A stretch of DNA of 64,000 nt, from positions 14,845 to 78,844 of IMG/VR virus record IMGVR_UViG_3300047160_003205. The stretch is one strand, 5' to 3'. Of the stretch, positions 54,458 to 64,000 are shown one piece after another. Numbering within the stretch: position 1 is the first letter of the stretch; each line of letters begins with the position of its first letter. The DNA comes from a virus (taxonomy: Duplodnaviria > Caudoviricetes). Both the position numbers and the translations under genes were made by a program. The notes below the pieces were generated by a model. The model was not told the origin of the DNA. It did not search any database and saw only the letters and a list, made by a program, of their open reading frames with translations.

Positions 54458-55008
54458 GCGTAACGGGCACCTATCTTCCTGGTGATGTTGGACTGTTCGG
54501 TGTTCCTTGGCCGCTCAATCCACAGCCAAACGAACCAGACTTTGAGACCTGGGTTTACACCTTCATGGGAATTCCCCAGGCAGCCCTGCCGCCGGGGAGC
54601 GTGTATTTTCAGTATGCATTTTGTGTTTCAATGTCGATTGTCAATCCCCAGCTCAATGTGGTTCCTGGTCCGAACTACATGTTGGCGGTCTATAACCTGG
54701 GTGGCGATTGCCTGATTAACTGGACACCCGATCAACCGGGTGTGTATTATCCCTCGCCCCCGGCTCCACCGGGTGGAACACCTCCTAACACAGGCTACTT
54801 CGCCTATCTCCGGGCTCAGTACAATACATTAGGTTTCACTCCAGGTATTATCACCGCTAGCAATGACCAGGGGACTGGGCAATCGATGCAACCCCTGGAT
54901 CAGTATAGAAACTTCACTATCCAGAACATGCAGCAGCTTAAGACGCCATGGGGGCGAGCATATCTGGGTTGGGCCTCAGCAGTCGGGACGCTATGGGGAC
55001 TATCATAA
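54454..55008 (+). CDS. Head-tail adaptor (DUF4054-like)
   Basis: YMLAVYNLGG, L.QLKTPWGRAYL. Confidence 0.7.
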   Translation: MSVTGTYLPGDVGLFGVPWPLNPQPNEPDFETWVYTFMGIPQAALPPGSVYFQYAFCVSMSIVNPQLNVVPGPNYMLAVYNLGGDCLINWTPDQPGVYYPSPPAPPGGTPPNTGYFAYLRAQYNTLGFTPGIITASNDQGTGQSMQPLDQYRNFTIQNMQQLKTPWGRAYLGWASAVGTLWGLS

Positions 55009-55018
55009 AGTAATTCTG

Positions 55019-55171
55019 ATGGATTGGTATGTATATCTTTATTGGGACATTGATGGAATACCTAGATATGTGGGAATAGGGAAACTTCCTAATCGTTGGG
55101 AAGTACATCTAACCAAGATGCATAATAAGCATCTGTATAATAAGATTCAGAAGTTTATCGAGCCAAGATGA
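55019..55171 (+). pseudogene. Truncated GIY-YIG homing endonuclease
   Basis: YVYLYWD.DGIPRYVGIG...R...H; AT-rich; stops after 50 aa. Confidence 0.6.
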
Positions 55172-55247
55172 CTGAACATAACCGACGCATTGCGCCTAAA
55201 GGGAATGCGGCTCGTCTAGCTAATCTAGCAGCCTTGAGGGAAGGCTG

Positions 55248-55715
55248 ATGCATCTTCATCTAGGCGTAGTTGATAGACCGTACCGGACAGTGCGGGGTGC
55301 CGGTCCACGGCGGCGGCGAAGGAGTGGCGCGGTTCGAAAGACGACCACTCAGGTCGCTGAAGCGTTGGAGAACCGCTACCATATCATGGAGACCTTCCTG
55401 GAAATGAAGCATACGGAGATCATGCATGATCTCGGAGAGGTCTCAAAAGACATCCTTGATTCTTCAGTCATGCCGGGTCCGCCTCCGACGCGCCACTACA
55501 GGCGGCTGGAACAGCGAGTTATACAACGCTTCCAAAACTTCATTCGTGAGCGCGAGATGGATGGGGTCATTCCAGGGGTTCCGACAATGGCCTCTTGGCG
55601 AGGGGTTAATCACAACCTCTCCCACCCCTACGCTCGTCGCAATCCCATTCGTCCCTCTTTTATTGACACCGGGCTATACTTGGGTAGCTTCAAAGCCTGG
55701 GTATCAGACGATTGA
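55248..55715 (+). CDS. Neck/tail completion protein
   Basis: LHLGVVD.PY...VAEALE.RYHIMETF...RPSFIDTGLY..SF.AWV. Confidence 0.7.
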   Translation: MHLHLGVVDRPYRTVRGAGPRRRRRSGAVRKTTTQVAEALENRYHIMETFLEMKHTEIMHDLGEVSKDILDSSVMPGPPPTRHYRRLEQRVIQRFQNFIREREMDGVIPGVPTMASWRGVNHNLSHPYARRNPIRPSFIDTGLYLGSFKAWVSDD

Positions 55716-57067
55716 GCTTCATCAACGAAAGCTTGGGCGGAGAAAACGGCCAACTCGCCAGCGCACTCCAAGCAGGCGTCGAGGTTCTAAGTGAAAATCA
55801 GACCGTTACGTTCGTCAAGTACGTTCGTGTCATCCTTCCGTTTGATGGCTATGTTTTCTGGGTAAGGGCTGATATCCTGAGCGAGTCCGCGTTAGAGAAC
55901 GCGGCAATGTACAATGCGCTGATCTTTAACCAGCCACTTCAGTCGTTGGCTGGGGCTCCTACCTTCGTGGCGAAGGGCTCTCTTCACTATGCTACGGCAC
56001 TCCAAGAGGACTTGACTGAGAGCTATGCGCTGAATCGGATGATCTTTACGGCAGAACAGGCGGTGAATCCCCTCGACGCCGTGTCGCCGATGGTTATGTA
56101 CTTGGCGACGATTGGCCCCTTCCGGTATGCGTTCAGCCAGCGTGAGAGCTTCTATAAGCAAGCGGGCCTGTGGCACTACCTAGGGGATACGGTCAATCCG
56201 ACCCTAGAGAACCAGATCATTGACGTTGTTGAGGACTTCGACGCGGACAACATCATCGTATCGAACAGTCTTCCGATATGGTTGAGCCTAAATAGCTTCT
56301 CAGGCACCTATATCCCGATGTTCCCGGCCTACCTGGTGCCAATGAACATGAAGCCGCCGTTCGGGGTGGTGGATGTGTATGAAGGGAGCCCGAGGGCGCT
56401 TCAAGCTTTCCCCCACATCGATCATCGCTCGAACCATTGGCAATTGGTCTCTGATTATGTCAAGATTACCCTTTATGGCCTCAGAAACTTCAACGCCCTA
56501 GACTATCAGGACTACATTCTTGACCAGAGCCTTAACACTGACGTGTTCGGAATCATGAACATGCCAGTGATCCGGGATGAAAAGAAGAAGCAAGTTGAGA
56601 TCAACATTATCGCTCAGAAGAAGTCGATTGAGTTTGAGATCAGCTACTACCAGCCGCGTATCCGTGAAGTCGCCCGCCAGCTTATCCTTCATTGCATCCC
56701 GAACTTCTGGATCTACCCGCAGGACCCGACGATAGTGCCGTTTGTAATTGATGTTCCGCTCTCTTATGAAGGGCCATTCACACAGAATGAAGTTCTGCCT
56801 CGCGTCCTGTTCATGGATACGACGACGCTTACTCGGGGGATCGCTTTCACGGCGAGCACTGGGAACTTTGAGATTGGCTTCTATGACCAGAACAATACGC
56901 TCCAGATCACTGTGATAGGGCTCACGGGACAAAACACGCCTCAGGTCACTTATGTCAATCCGCCATCCATCACCTTCTACATTAACCAATACCTAACCCC
57001 AGTCGTTATACAAGCCGATCCGAACCTGTTGGACCTGGCGGTCACTCTCGGAACGAACCCAACATGA
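55712..57067 (+). CDS. Head closure/tail terminator-like protein with C-terminal extension
   Basis: YV..ILP.DGYVFWV, GSLHY, V.ITLYGLRN, AQKKSIEFEISY. Confidence 0.6.
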   Translation: MSFINESLGGENGQLASALQAGVEVLSENQTVTFVKYVRVILPFDGYVFWVRADILSESALENAAMYNALIFNQPLQSLAGAPTFVAKGSLHYATALQEDLTESYALNRMIFTAEQAVNPLDAVSPMVMYLATIGPFRYAFSQRESFYKQAGLWHYLGDTVNPTLENQIIDVVEDFDADNIIVSNSLPIWLSLNSFSGTYIPMFPAYLVPMNMKPPFGVVDVYEGSPRALQAFPHIDHRSNHWQLVSDYVKITLYGLRNFNALDYQDYILDQSLNTDVFGIMNMPVIRDEKKKQVEINIIAQKKSIEFEISYYQPRIREVARQLILHCIPNFWIYPQDPTIVPFVIDVPLSYEGPFTQNEVLPRVLFMDTTTLTRGIAFTASTGNFEIGFYDQNNTLQITVIGLTGQNTPQVTYVNPPSITFYINQYLTPVVIQADPNLLDLAVTLGTNPT

Positions 57068-57399
57068 GTCAGCAGCACTTCTCGTCCTCTCCTAGCCAGT
57101 TGTTGATGATACGCAATCTTCACAAGGCTTGTCCGGTCTGTGATGCACCAGGAGAGTACCGATCAGATGAGTCAGTTAAGACAGGCTATCCTGAAGACAA
57201 AATTCAGGAGATGGTGGCGTTAGACCCCAGTAAGGCGTCGAAGGTACAATACTATCGACGCGGATGGCCTGAGGTTTGGGTTGAGATGAATGATGAGAGA
57301 CGAGGGCAAGGAGTGGGCGCCATTTGTCCTTGTTGTGGTAGTAAGCGCCCCCAACCGAAGCGTCTTCAGAATATCAGCTTTCTTGGAAGGTTGTTCTAA
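57064..57399 (+). CDS. Zn-ribbon protein
   Basis: CPVC...CPCC. Confidence 0.5.
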   Translation: MSQQHFSSSPSQLLMIRNLHKACPVCDAPGEYRSDESVKTGYPEDKIQEMVALDPSKASKVQYYRRGWPEVWVEMNDERRGQGVGAICPCCGSKRPQPKRLQNISFLGRLF

Positions 57400-57650
57400 T
57401 GAAGTGGACTTATACTGTTAATGGCGTCTCGCAACAGGTTCGCCCTGCTATTGCCACTGTTAATGGCGTAACGGTGAGCGCGCTCGTTCCTGAGGTTGAG
57501 GTTGAACTTTATGACCCACTGGGTCAGCAAGGGTCCGTTCAGCTTCATTTCCGCACTCCGGATGAACAGGCTTTTGCTAAGGCAACCTATAGGGATGGCG
57601 CCACCGTTGAGCTTGACCTGGGCGCTTTGGTAACGGCTCCTAAAGCGTAA
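57399..57650 (+). CDS. Hypothetical protein
   Basis: 83 aa, coupled. Confidence 0.5.
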   Translation: MKWTYTVNGVSQQVRPAIATVNGVTVSALVPEVEVELYDPLGQQGSVQLHFRTPDEQAFAKATYRDGATVELDLGALVTAPKA

Positions 57651-57652
57651 CC

Positions 57653-59053
57653 ATGGGAGTTATTGAAGAGCTTCGGAAGCCCAATGAGGCTGAGATTATC
57701 AGCATTCTCGGCAAATACGCCGAGACGCTACGCCAAGAGCATCGGTACGACACTTCCATCATTGCTGTAAAACGCGCCCTAAAGCTTGAACCTGAACACC
57801 CCGGTCTATGGGGCTCATTGGGCTGTTCCTATTGGCATTATGGAAAGTTTGAAGCCGCCTTGGAGCCATTGCTTAAGGCAGTGGAAGGAGCGCCTGAGGA
57901 ATGTTGTCATGTCGGCAACTTAGGGCTTCTTTACCATTCCTTGCGTGATTATGAGAAAGCTGAGGCTTGCTTTATTAAAGCAATGGCTCTCGCTAAGAAG
58001 AGTCGCAAGAAGGCGGCTCGGGTTGATTACTTGGGGGTCGTCTGGGACCTGGCTCTAATGCGCCTAGAGATAGGGGATTGGGAGCGCGGGCTCCAGGGCT
58101 ATGAGAGTAGGATTGAATTGAAAGCGGCCGGGCTTTACCCCAAAATGCCAGTTCCGATATGGCAGGGTGAGCCCCTGGACGGAAAGACGCTGTATTTACA
58201 GGCTGAACAGGGGTTGGGGGATCGCATCCTGTTTAGCCGATACCTTCAGCTTATCAAGGATCGCTGGCCCACCTGCACCATTAAGGGTTGCTTCAATGAG
58301 GCCCTCGCGGACTTGTTCTGGGAATACCGCGTACTGACCGAGATGTTGCCGCACGGCATCCCTTGGCCTGATGACATCGACTATGGCGTCTATCAAGCCT
58401 CCCTCCCTTACTTGTTGGGGACGCGGGTAGACACGATCCCGCTAGATCCAGGATATATCTACAAGCGTGTCAAGCGGCAGTATGACCTGGGAGGTCTCAA
58501 TCTTCCCTATCCCCGCCTGCCCTCCCTTAAAGTGGGTATCGCCTGGACAGGGAATCCAGGGCAGGCCAAGAATCACCTCCGAACAATCCCATTCGAAAAG
58601 ATGCTAACATTGGCAGAGAATGTCAATGTTACTCTTTACAGTTTCCAGGTTGGTTCTGGATCTGAGGCTATAAAGAAGGCGAATGCTGAAGAATTAGTGG
58701 TAGATATGGGAGCCACCCTGGAACGGGAGGGGTTTGTCGCGGCGGGCGTAGCAATGTTGGAGATGGATCTCATCGTCACCGTATGCACCTCTACTGCGCA
58801 TCTCGCCGGAAGCTTGGGAATTCCAACCTGGCTGCTTTTGAGCTGGGACCCTTATTGGATCTGGCTTAATCAAGGGGACACCACCCCTTGGTATCCCAGC
58901 ATTCGTATCTTTCGCCAAGACCGCCCTGGTGACTGGGATAGTGTCATGAATAAGGTGCTGGCGGAACTCCCATCTTTAATTGTGACACCTTTAACTGCCG
59001 ATAAGGTGGACCCCGGTACTTTTTACCCCACCTTAGAACGGCTGGCGAGTTAA
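57653..59053 (+). CDS. TPR-repeat glycosyltransferase (GT9-like C-terminus)
   Basis: Three or four TPRs, then EQGLGDRILFSRY, GIAWTGNP, DLIVTVCTS.AHLAG.LG.PTWLL...W.W. Confidence 0.9.
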   Translation: MGVIEELRKPNEAEIISILGKYAETLRQEHRYDTSIIAVKRALKLEPEHPGLWGSLGCSYWHYGKFEAALEPLLKAVEGAPEECCHVGNLGLLYHSLRDYEKAEACFIKAMALAKKSRKKAARVDYLGVVWDLALMRLEIGDWERGLQGYESRIELKAAGLYPKMPVPIWQGEPLDGKTLYLQAEQGLGDRILFSRYLQLIKDRWPTCTIKGCFNEALADLFWEYRVLTEMLPHGIPWPDDIDYGVYQASLPYLLGTRVDTIPLDPGYIYKRVKRQYDLGGLNLPYPRLPSLKVGIAWTGNPGQAKNHLRTIPFEKMLTLAENVNVTLYSFQVGSGSEAIKKANAEELVVDMGATLEREGFVAAGVAMLEMDLIVTVCTSTAHLAGSLGIPTWLLLSWDPYWIWLNQGDTTPWYPSIRIFRQDRPGDWDSVMNKVLAELPSLIVTPLTADKVDPGTFYPTLERLAS

Positions 59054-59065
59054 GGAGCAAATCTA

Positions 59066-59737
59066 GTGGCTAACCAAGCAGTCGCTACCTATCCCGGTCG
59101 CTCCCTGATTTGGGGCCGGATGAAGGGCCTGATGACTGAGGCGAAGAACATTGGCTGGGGGACTTCTTCGACAACCGCCTCAACCTATTCAAACGTCAAC
59201 CTGTTTCAGCCAGCAACTGAACCTCGGGTGGCGGGAACTTCGTCTTATGCTTCTCCCGCTTTTGCCCAGTTAGGGGACACTTACCAGGTCACTGGATCGA
59301 TCACTTGTTCGACCGGCGCGAAGACTATCACGGAAGTAGGGTTGTTTGATACGACCACCTCTTCCACTTCCACCACCATTTCGAACTCGCTGGCAGTCGG
59401 TACGACCGTTATCACCTTTGGCGTCAACCCAGGGCCCACCGTCTCCAACTATTATATCCAGGTCCTGAACGAGACGATGCTGGTGTCGGGAGCGAACTCG
59501 ACCACCCTTACCGTCGTCCGAGGGCAGCTTGGGTCGGCGGCTGGTACTCAGGCCTCGGGTTCTCCCGCGACGATTGGTGGCGATGGCGGGGCTTTCGCGA
59601 ATGGTGGTCTGGGTGGTCAGAATGCCACTGTGGGTGCGGCCCAGGGTGGGGATATGTTTATCCACGCCGACTTCGCGGGTGTCGCGCTCAATGTGAATGA
59701 CTCGATTTCGTTCACCATCACTGACACGCTGACCTAA
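59066..59737 (+). CDS. Tail-collar/fibre-attachment-like structural protein
   Basis: IGWGT...EPRVAGT...DTYQVTG..T...TITEVGLFD...DF..VALN.NDSISFT. Confidence 0.55.
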   Translation: MANQAVATYPGRSLIWGRMKGLMTEAKNIGWGTSSTTASTYSNVNLFQPATEPRVAGTSSYASPAFAQLGDTYQVTGSITCSTGAKTITEVGLFDTTTSSTSTTISNSLAVGTTVITFGVNPGPTVSNYYIQVLNETMLVSGANSTTLTVVRGQLGSAAGTQASGSPATIGGDGGAFANGGLGGQNATVGAAQGGDMFIHADFAGVALNVNDSISFTITDTLT

Positions 59738-59743
59738 GAGGAG

Positions 59744-60391
59744 GTGTGGGTGCGAAATGCAACAGGCACCTACGATCCCTCCTTGTTTGATGTTGCTTCG
59801 CTAAAACAAGCCAAGTCCATCATTCTTACGCGCGAGGGGATTGGTGTTGATGAGCGCTGGGAGAAAGAGACAGCCTGGACGACCCCTCTAGTCATTGAGA
59901 AGCTGGGCCTTACCGCTTCGTCCCGGGTATTGGACTATGGGTGCGGGGTTGGACGGATGAGTAAGGCGCTGATCGATGCGATGGAATGTCATGTTGTTGG
60001 TTATGATATAAGCAGCAATATGCTGGGCCTGGCCCAGAACTATGTCAAGTCTCGCAATTTCAGGCCTATCCCAGAAGGAGTGAAAATCCCAGTCGTTCAT
60101 TCCGCCATTTCGATCTGGGTCCTTCAACACTGTTACCATCCTGAGGTCGCTATTGAGGCGATCTACACCGCCCTCGTCCCTGGCGGGAAGTTGTTTCTCC
60201 TTAACAATGAGGCGCGTGCCCTTCCAGTAAGGTTGAAGGATAAGGTGACACGGGCCTTTATGAATGATAGAGTGGACCTTAAGGCGCTGTTGGATGAGCG
60301 CTTTAGGGTGTTGGAAAAGGGGCGACTTCCCAAAGAGCTGATGCCGGTCGGCCCGCAATATAGCTATTGGGCTGTGCTAGAAGCGAGGTAG
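59744..60391 (+). CDS. Class I SAM-dependent methyltransferase
   Basis: VLDYGCGVGR, GYDIS, WVLQH, LVPGGKL. Confidence 0.9.
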   Translation: MWVRNATGTYDPSLFDVASLKQAKSIILTREGIGVDERWEKETAWTTPLVIEKLGLTASSRVLDYGCGVGRMSKALIDAMECHVVGYDISSNMLGLAQNYVKSRNFRPIPEGVKIPVVHSAISIWVLQHCYHPEVAIEAIYTALVPGGKLFLLNNEARALPVRLKDKVTRAFMNDRVDLKALLDERFRVLEKGRLPKELMPVGPQYSYWAVLEAR

Positions 60392-60394
60392 TTC

Positions 60395-62449
60395 ATGGGA
60401 ACTATCACTCGCATTCATACGTCGGCTAGTAGCGGATCTGATACTATCCCCTATGGCGCGCAGTCCGTCTACCTGGAGGTAGGCGGCGGTGGTGGCGGCG
60501 GGGGCGGGGGTTCGGGCGGAGTAAGTGGCGGTGGTGGAGGGGGCGGTGGCTTCGTTAGCTATACCCTGGGACCTTTTACCAGTGCCGATTGGGGTAAGAC
60601 CCTAACTTGGGCGGCTGGGGCTGGAGGTCCCGGCGGGCTTCCGGGTAATGGCGGGACCATAAGCAACTCGTCCTATATCACTAATGGGACGTATGGTGGG
60701 ACCTTCAACCTATCATGCGGCGTTTCGGGCGGTGGGGTGGCTAACGGAGCCGGGGGGACGGGTGGCAATGCATCTGGTGGTACTGTTAACACTCCCGGGA
60801 ACAATGGAGCTAACTCCGTTATTGGTACGGCAGCAGGCGGGGCCGGGATCGCCGGCACTCTCATAACCTCTGGGGCTGGTGGGAATGGGATCATAAACAG
60901 CACCGGGTTAGCCGGAACGGATGGATCTGTTGCCTTCCAATACACTGTGAGTGTAAACCCTACAATTCACAATCCCCAAGCCGCACACGCCTATTGGTCT
61001 CAGAAGGGGTTAATACACACCTCTATCGCTTCCGCCCTATCTGCTATTGCTTATGCGTCGCACTTTATGATTATGAACATTATTAGTGGCGAAGTTGTCA
61101 ATCGGACGAGCACCATTGTAAAACCTCCTTTTCAGGTCACTTCTGGTGAGGCGATCTCACTCTTTAAGGCAGTATCAAGATCAGTTGGCACTTTTCAGGC
61201 TGAAGTTGTTAACCTACAAAAGGCCATTCTGAAACGCTTGGCTATCATCAGCCTCCAGGCCGTTCACTTAATCCGCGCCTTCCCTTTCAGGCGAGCCATT
61301 ACGCAAAGTGAATATGTCATTCGGCAAAGCGCCATAAACAGGACCTTCTCCGTATCGGAAGGGATAGTCCCCAACATTCGGAAGGCTATCTTCCCTCAGC
61401 CCTACCAGGTCGCTACCCCTGAGGTGGTTAACCAGGTTTGGACCTTTATGCGGGGGCTCTCCATAACCCAGGCACAAGCCTTCTCGCTTCAGAAGGGCCT
61501 TACGAAGCTGTATAGTGTTACCACTACTGAAGTGGTAGCAATAATGCGGGTACTGGGGAAGGCTTTCAGTACTGTTGATACACAAGCTCTCAGCATCCAG
61601 CGCGCAATGGCTAGGGCTTACAACATAACCTCACTTGAGGCTGTTCGGGCCATAAAGGCGACGGGGAAAGCCTGGACTGTTGTTTCAAATGAGGTGGTTA
61701 ATGCGGCTAAGTCAGTAGGCAAGCCATTCATTGTTGTTGATACTGAGCAAGTTGCTTTGTCGCAGAAGAACCTCGCGAAGATGGTTTATGTGACGAGTTC
61801 GGAGACGGTCCTCGCGATTGTGCGTGCTGGGAATAAGCACCTTAACCTGATAAGTGCAGAAGCGATTGGGGTGCTTAAGGCATCCTCGCGGACCTACACT
61901 ATCTTCCAGAACCAGTCCTCACGTCTCCAGAAGTCAGTGGTCCGTATCCTTGGCGCTGGAACGGCGCAGGTTATCAACCGCACTGCTGTTGCTATCACTC
62001 GGAGTATCAGCCTCATAAGCGCCGAAGTGGCGAATCAAGTCTCGCTGAAAGCGAAGCTATTCCCAGTGAGCACTTCGGAAGCTCAGGTAATCAATACTAT
62101 CAGGACGCACTACGCGGGCTATGGCGTAGTGGTCCATGTTGCGGAACTCCAGGTCATTAATCGAGCTGTCCTGGTACTACGAACCATTAGCATTGTCAGC
62201 GCTCAGATTGTCTCCGCCGCGCGCCTCTTCCCTCTTCGTGCCGCAGCGATCCAAGCGGAAGCGGTCGCCAACAAAAACATTGTCGTTAAGGTCATCAGTA
62301 TCATCTCCGCTCAGTCTGTCATCCGCATCGGTATCTTTGCTAAGTTCGTCTTTGTTTCCATGAACCAAAAAGTGACCGCTCCCACGTTCTCATTTCTTCA
62401 TCGAAGACGGCAGCTGCTAATGCTAAGGTACAAGAATACCGGCACATAA
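60395..62449 (+). CDS. Gly-rich head plus 18-aa repeat fibre-like protein
   Basis: EVGGGGGGGG glycine-rich domain, then the same xEVVNxxKAxxR-type repeats as 45862-49272. Confidence 0.68.
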   Translation: MGTITRIHTSASSGSDTIPYGAQSVYLEVGGGGGGGGGGSGGVSGGGGGGGGFVSYTLGPFTSADWGKTLTWAAGAGGPGGLPGNGGTISNSSYITNGTYGGTFNLSCGVSGGGVANGAGGTGGNASGGTVNTPGNNGANSVIGTAAGGAGIAGTLITSGAGGNGIINSTGLAGTDGSVAFQYTVSVNPTIHNPQAAHAYWSQKGLIHTSIASALSAIAYASHFMIMNIISGEVVNRTSTIVKPPFQVTSGEAISLFKAVSRSVGTFQAEVVNLQKAILKRLAIISLQAVHLIRAFPFRRAITQSEYVIRQSAINRTFSVSEGIVPNIRKAIFPQPYQVATPEVVNQVWTFMRGLSITQAQAFSLQKGLTKLYSVTTTEVVAIMRVLGKAFSTVDTQALSIQRAMARAYNITSLEAVRAIKATGKAWTVVSNEVVNAAKSVGKPFIVVDTEQVALSQKNLAKMVYVTSSETVLAIVRAGNKHLNLISAEAIGVLKASSRTYTIFQNQSSRLQKSVVRILGAGTAQVINRTAVAITRSISLISAEVANQVSLKAKLFPVSTSEAQVINTIRTHYAGYGVVVHVAELQVINRAVLVLRTISIVSAQIVSAARLFPLRAAAIQAEAVANKNIVVKVISIISAQSVIRIGIFAKFVFVSMNQKVTAPTFSFLHRRRQLLMLRYKNTGT

Positions 62450-62485
62450 AGGGCCTCGATAGGTTGGATCGGTAAGATAACACTG

Positions 62486-62779
62486 ATGTCAGGCGCATTG
62501 CTTCCCGGCCAATTCGCGACTCAGCTGGGCTATGTCCAGATGACGACTATCTCGGCGGCCACCGCCCTGGTCGTTCCAGTGGGCGCGACCTATGCCCTTC
62601 TCCAGGCGGAAGCCCAGGATGTAAGGTGGCGGGATGATGGGACGAACCCGACCACGACGGTTGGGATGCTGCTAAAGGCTGGGCAAGACCCTAGCGGGTT
62701 TACGGGGGATCAGATCAAAGCGATGCTGGTTATCCAATCCACCGCAGGAGCAATCCTCAACATTTCGTACTACAAGTAG
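62486..62779 (+). CDS. Small virion protein
   Basis: LQAEAQDVRWRDDGTNPT..VGMLL motif. Confidence 0.6.
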   Translation: MSGALLPGQFATQLGYVQMTTISAATALVVPVGATYALLQAEAQDVRWRDDGTNPTTTVGMLLKAGQDPSGFTGDQIKAMLVIQSTAGAILNISYYK

Positions 62780-62789
62780 GAGTGAACGG

Positions 62790-63188
62790 ATGCCTCAAGG
62801 TCCACTCAGTACTCTAACGGTTGCGAAGTCCCAGGCCGGTGGCGTGGCGCCGCTGACGGCGGATGCGTCCGGCGTCCCGATGACCACCTCGGGGGGCCTT
62901 AGCTCGGCGCTCAACGTGACGGCGGCAACAGTCATTAAAGCGTCGCCAGGGCGGCTAATCAGGCTGGTGATCCTTACGCCTGGAACTACCTCGGGCGCTT
63001 GGACTTTTAATGACACGACAACCGTGGGCGGTGCGGCAGCAGCCAATGCTATCTTCAGTATGGCCTTTGGTTCGACTGCCAACGTCGCGGGCGCAGTTAT
63101 CTACCTGGATTTCCCGTGTCAGAATGGGATTGTTCTGTCGGCCGTTCCAGGTGGTGGCTCTCCAGTGGCAGCGATTAGCTACGTCTAA
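62790..63188 (+). CDS. Small virion beta-sandwich protein
   Basis: VIKASPGRL...D......YLDFPC.NGIV. Confidence 0.6.
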   Translation: MPQGPLSTLTVAKSQAGGVAPLTADASGVPMTTSGGLSSALNVTAATVIKASPGRLIRLVILTPGTTSGAWTFNDTTTVGGAAAANAIFSMAFGSTANVAGAVIYLDFPCQNGIVLSAVPGGGSPVAAISYV

Positions 63189-63205
63189 GCTCTTGGGAGA
63201 CTAAC

Positions 63206-64000
63206 TTGGCAGTTACATCGACTAGTATTGTCGTCGTTAACGTCACCCAGACGGTAGCGCCGACACCAAGTATTCTCCAACAGTCGGGCGCGTTGATTAG
63301 CCAGGGAGGCACCAATAAGGCGGCTAACACCCTCACGCTGGTCCCGAACCTTTCGACGCTGAATGGTATCCTGGCGGCTGCTAAGCCCATAAGCACATTG
63401 ACCTGGGCTGGTAACGTAGTGACCGCGACCACTACCGCGCCCCACGGATGGACGGTGAGCGATCAGGTCTTGGCCGTGATCGCGGGGGCTTCCCCGGCGG
63501 GGTACAATGGAACCGTCACGATTACCATTACCGGGGCCAGCACTTTCACGTATCCGCTGACCCCGAACCCGGGTACAATGTCAGTTCCGGGGAACGTGAC
63601 GCTATGGAGTGAGTCCGAGCTTCTCCAGATGGGCACCACCTACTTCGCCCAGAATGGTGTGAACGCGGTCTACGTCCTGGAGCTTGGGGAAGGGACGCCC
63701 TCGGAAGGGGTGACGGCCCTTAGTGCCTGGATCAATACCAATCCCGGGATCATCTATTCGTACCTGGTCCCGCGCGAATGGGACAACAACTCCTCCTTCC
63801 TCGCCTTTCTGACGAACTTCAACGCGCCTGCCGCTAAGACATACTTCTTTGTCACGACGACCCAGGCCAATATGGCCAACTATGCGGGGGATAAGTGTGT
63901 CTTCGCGCTCGTGGAAGCGCCTGGTGTGGCGGCGACGGAGTTCTCTTGCGCGGCCCCATTCTCAGACACCCTCTCCTTTAACCCTGGGTCCTCGACCCAG
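63206..64000 (+). CDS. Tail sheath protein (partial; runs off the window)
   Basis: GGGAGA-N5-TTG start; IVVVNVTQTVAPTPSILQQSGALISQGGT, ELLQMGTTYFAQ, YLVPREWD. Open to 64000. Confidence 0.75.
   Translation, partial: MAVTSTSIVVVNVTQTVAPTPSILQQSGALISQGGTNKAANTLTLVPNLSTLNGILAAAKPISTLTWAGNVVTATTTAPHGWTVSDQVLAVIAGASPAGYNGTVTITITGASTFTYPLTPNPGTMSVPGNVTLWSESELLQMGTTYFAQNGVNAVYVLELGEGTPSEGVTALSAWINTNPGIIYSYLVPREWDNNSSFLAFLTNFNAPAAKTYFFVTTTQANMANYAGDKCVFALVEAPGVAATEFSCAAPFSDTLSFNPGSSTQ

Noticed and set aside
1-64000. Prophage, integrase or lysogeny module
   Set aside because: No integrase, att-like pair or host genes seen. The single XRE HTH is not enough, though the window is not the whole genome.

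Overview
This window is part of a lytic myophage genome. Its gene set (DnaE polymerase, DEDDh exonuclease, ThyX, HAD phosphatase, primase-helicase, DUF2213/DUF2184-type head module, sheath) resembles PB1/Bcep781-type myoviruses. GcrA-like and CtrA-like domains, a perfect CtrA box and a Rhizobiales/Caulobacter-type exported protein point to an alphaproteobacterial host. Layout: 1-11.9 kb minus-strand replication and nucleotide-metabolism genes (DnaE carries an HNH intein); 12-22.3 kb minus-strand accessory genes; 22.5-25.7 kb primase-helicase and TerS; 25.7-33.4 kb early/control region; TerL; a 7 kb minus-strand accessory block; 42.2-64 kb head, neck, fibre and sheath genes. Main findings: (1) a solitary Cas7/RAMP-like gene (30604-31233) whose stop codon is followed directly by a 347-bp array of 67 GGY-NN pentamers using all 16 NN dinucleotides, a candidate non-contiguous RNA guide (VIPR-like); (2) an adjacent 1303-bp island (28820-30122) with no CA/TG dinucleotide at all, holding two genes that appear to start at ATT and bracketed by phased GCGAATACTTC repeats; (3) a candidate sRNA whose hairpin loop is complementary to the shared ribosome-binding motif of early genes; (4) a TPR-glycosyltransferase and a methyltransferase among Ser/Thr-rich repeat fibre genes. 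All calls come from manual reading and motif recognition; no database searches were run.
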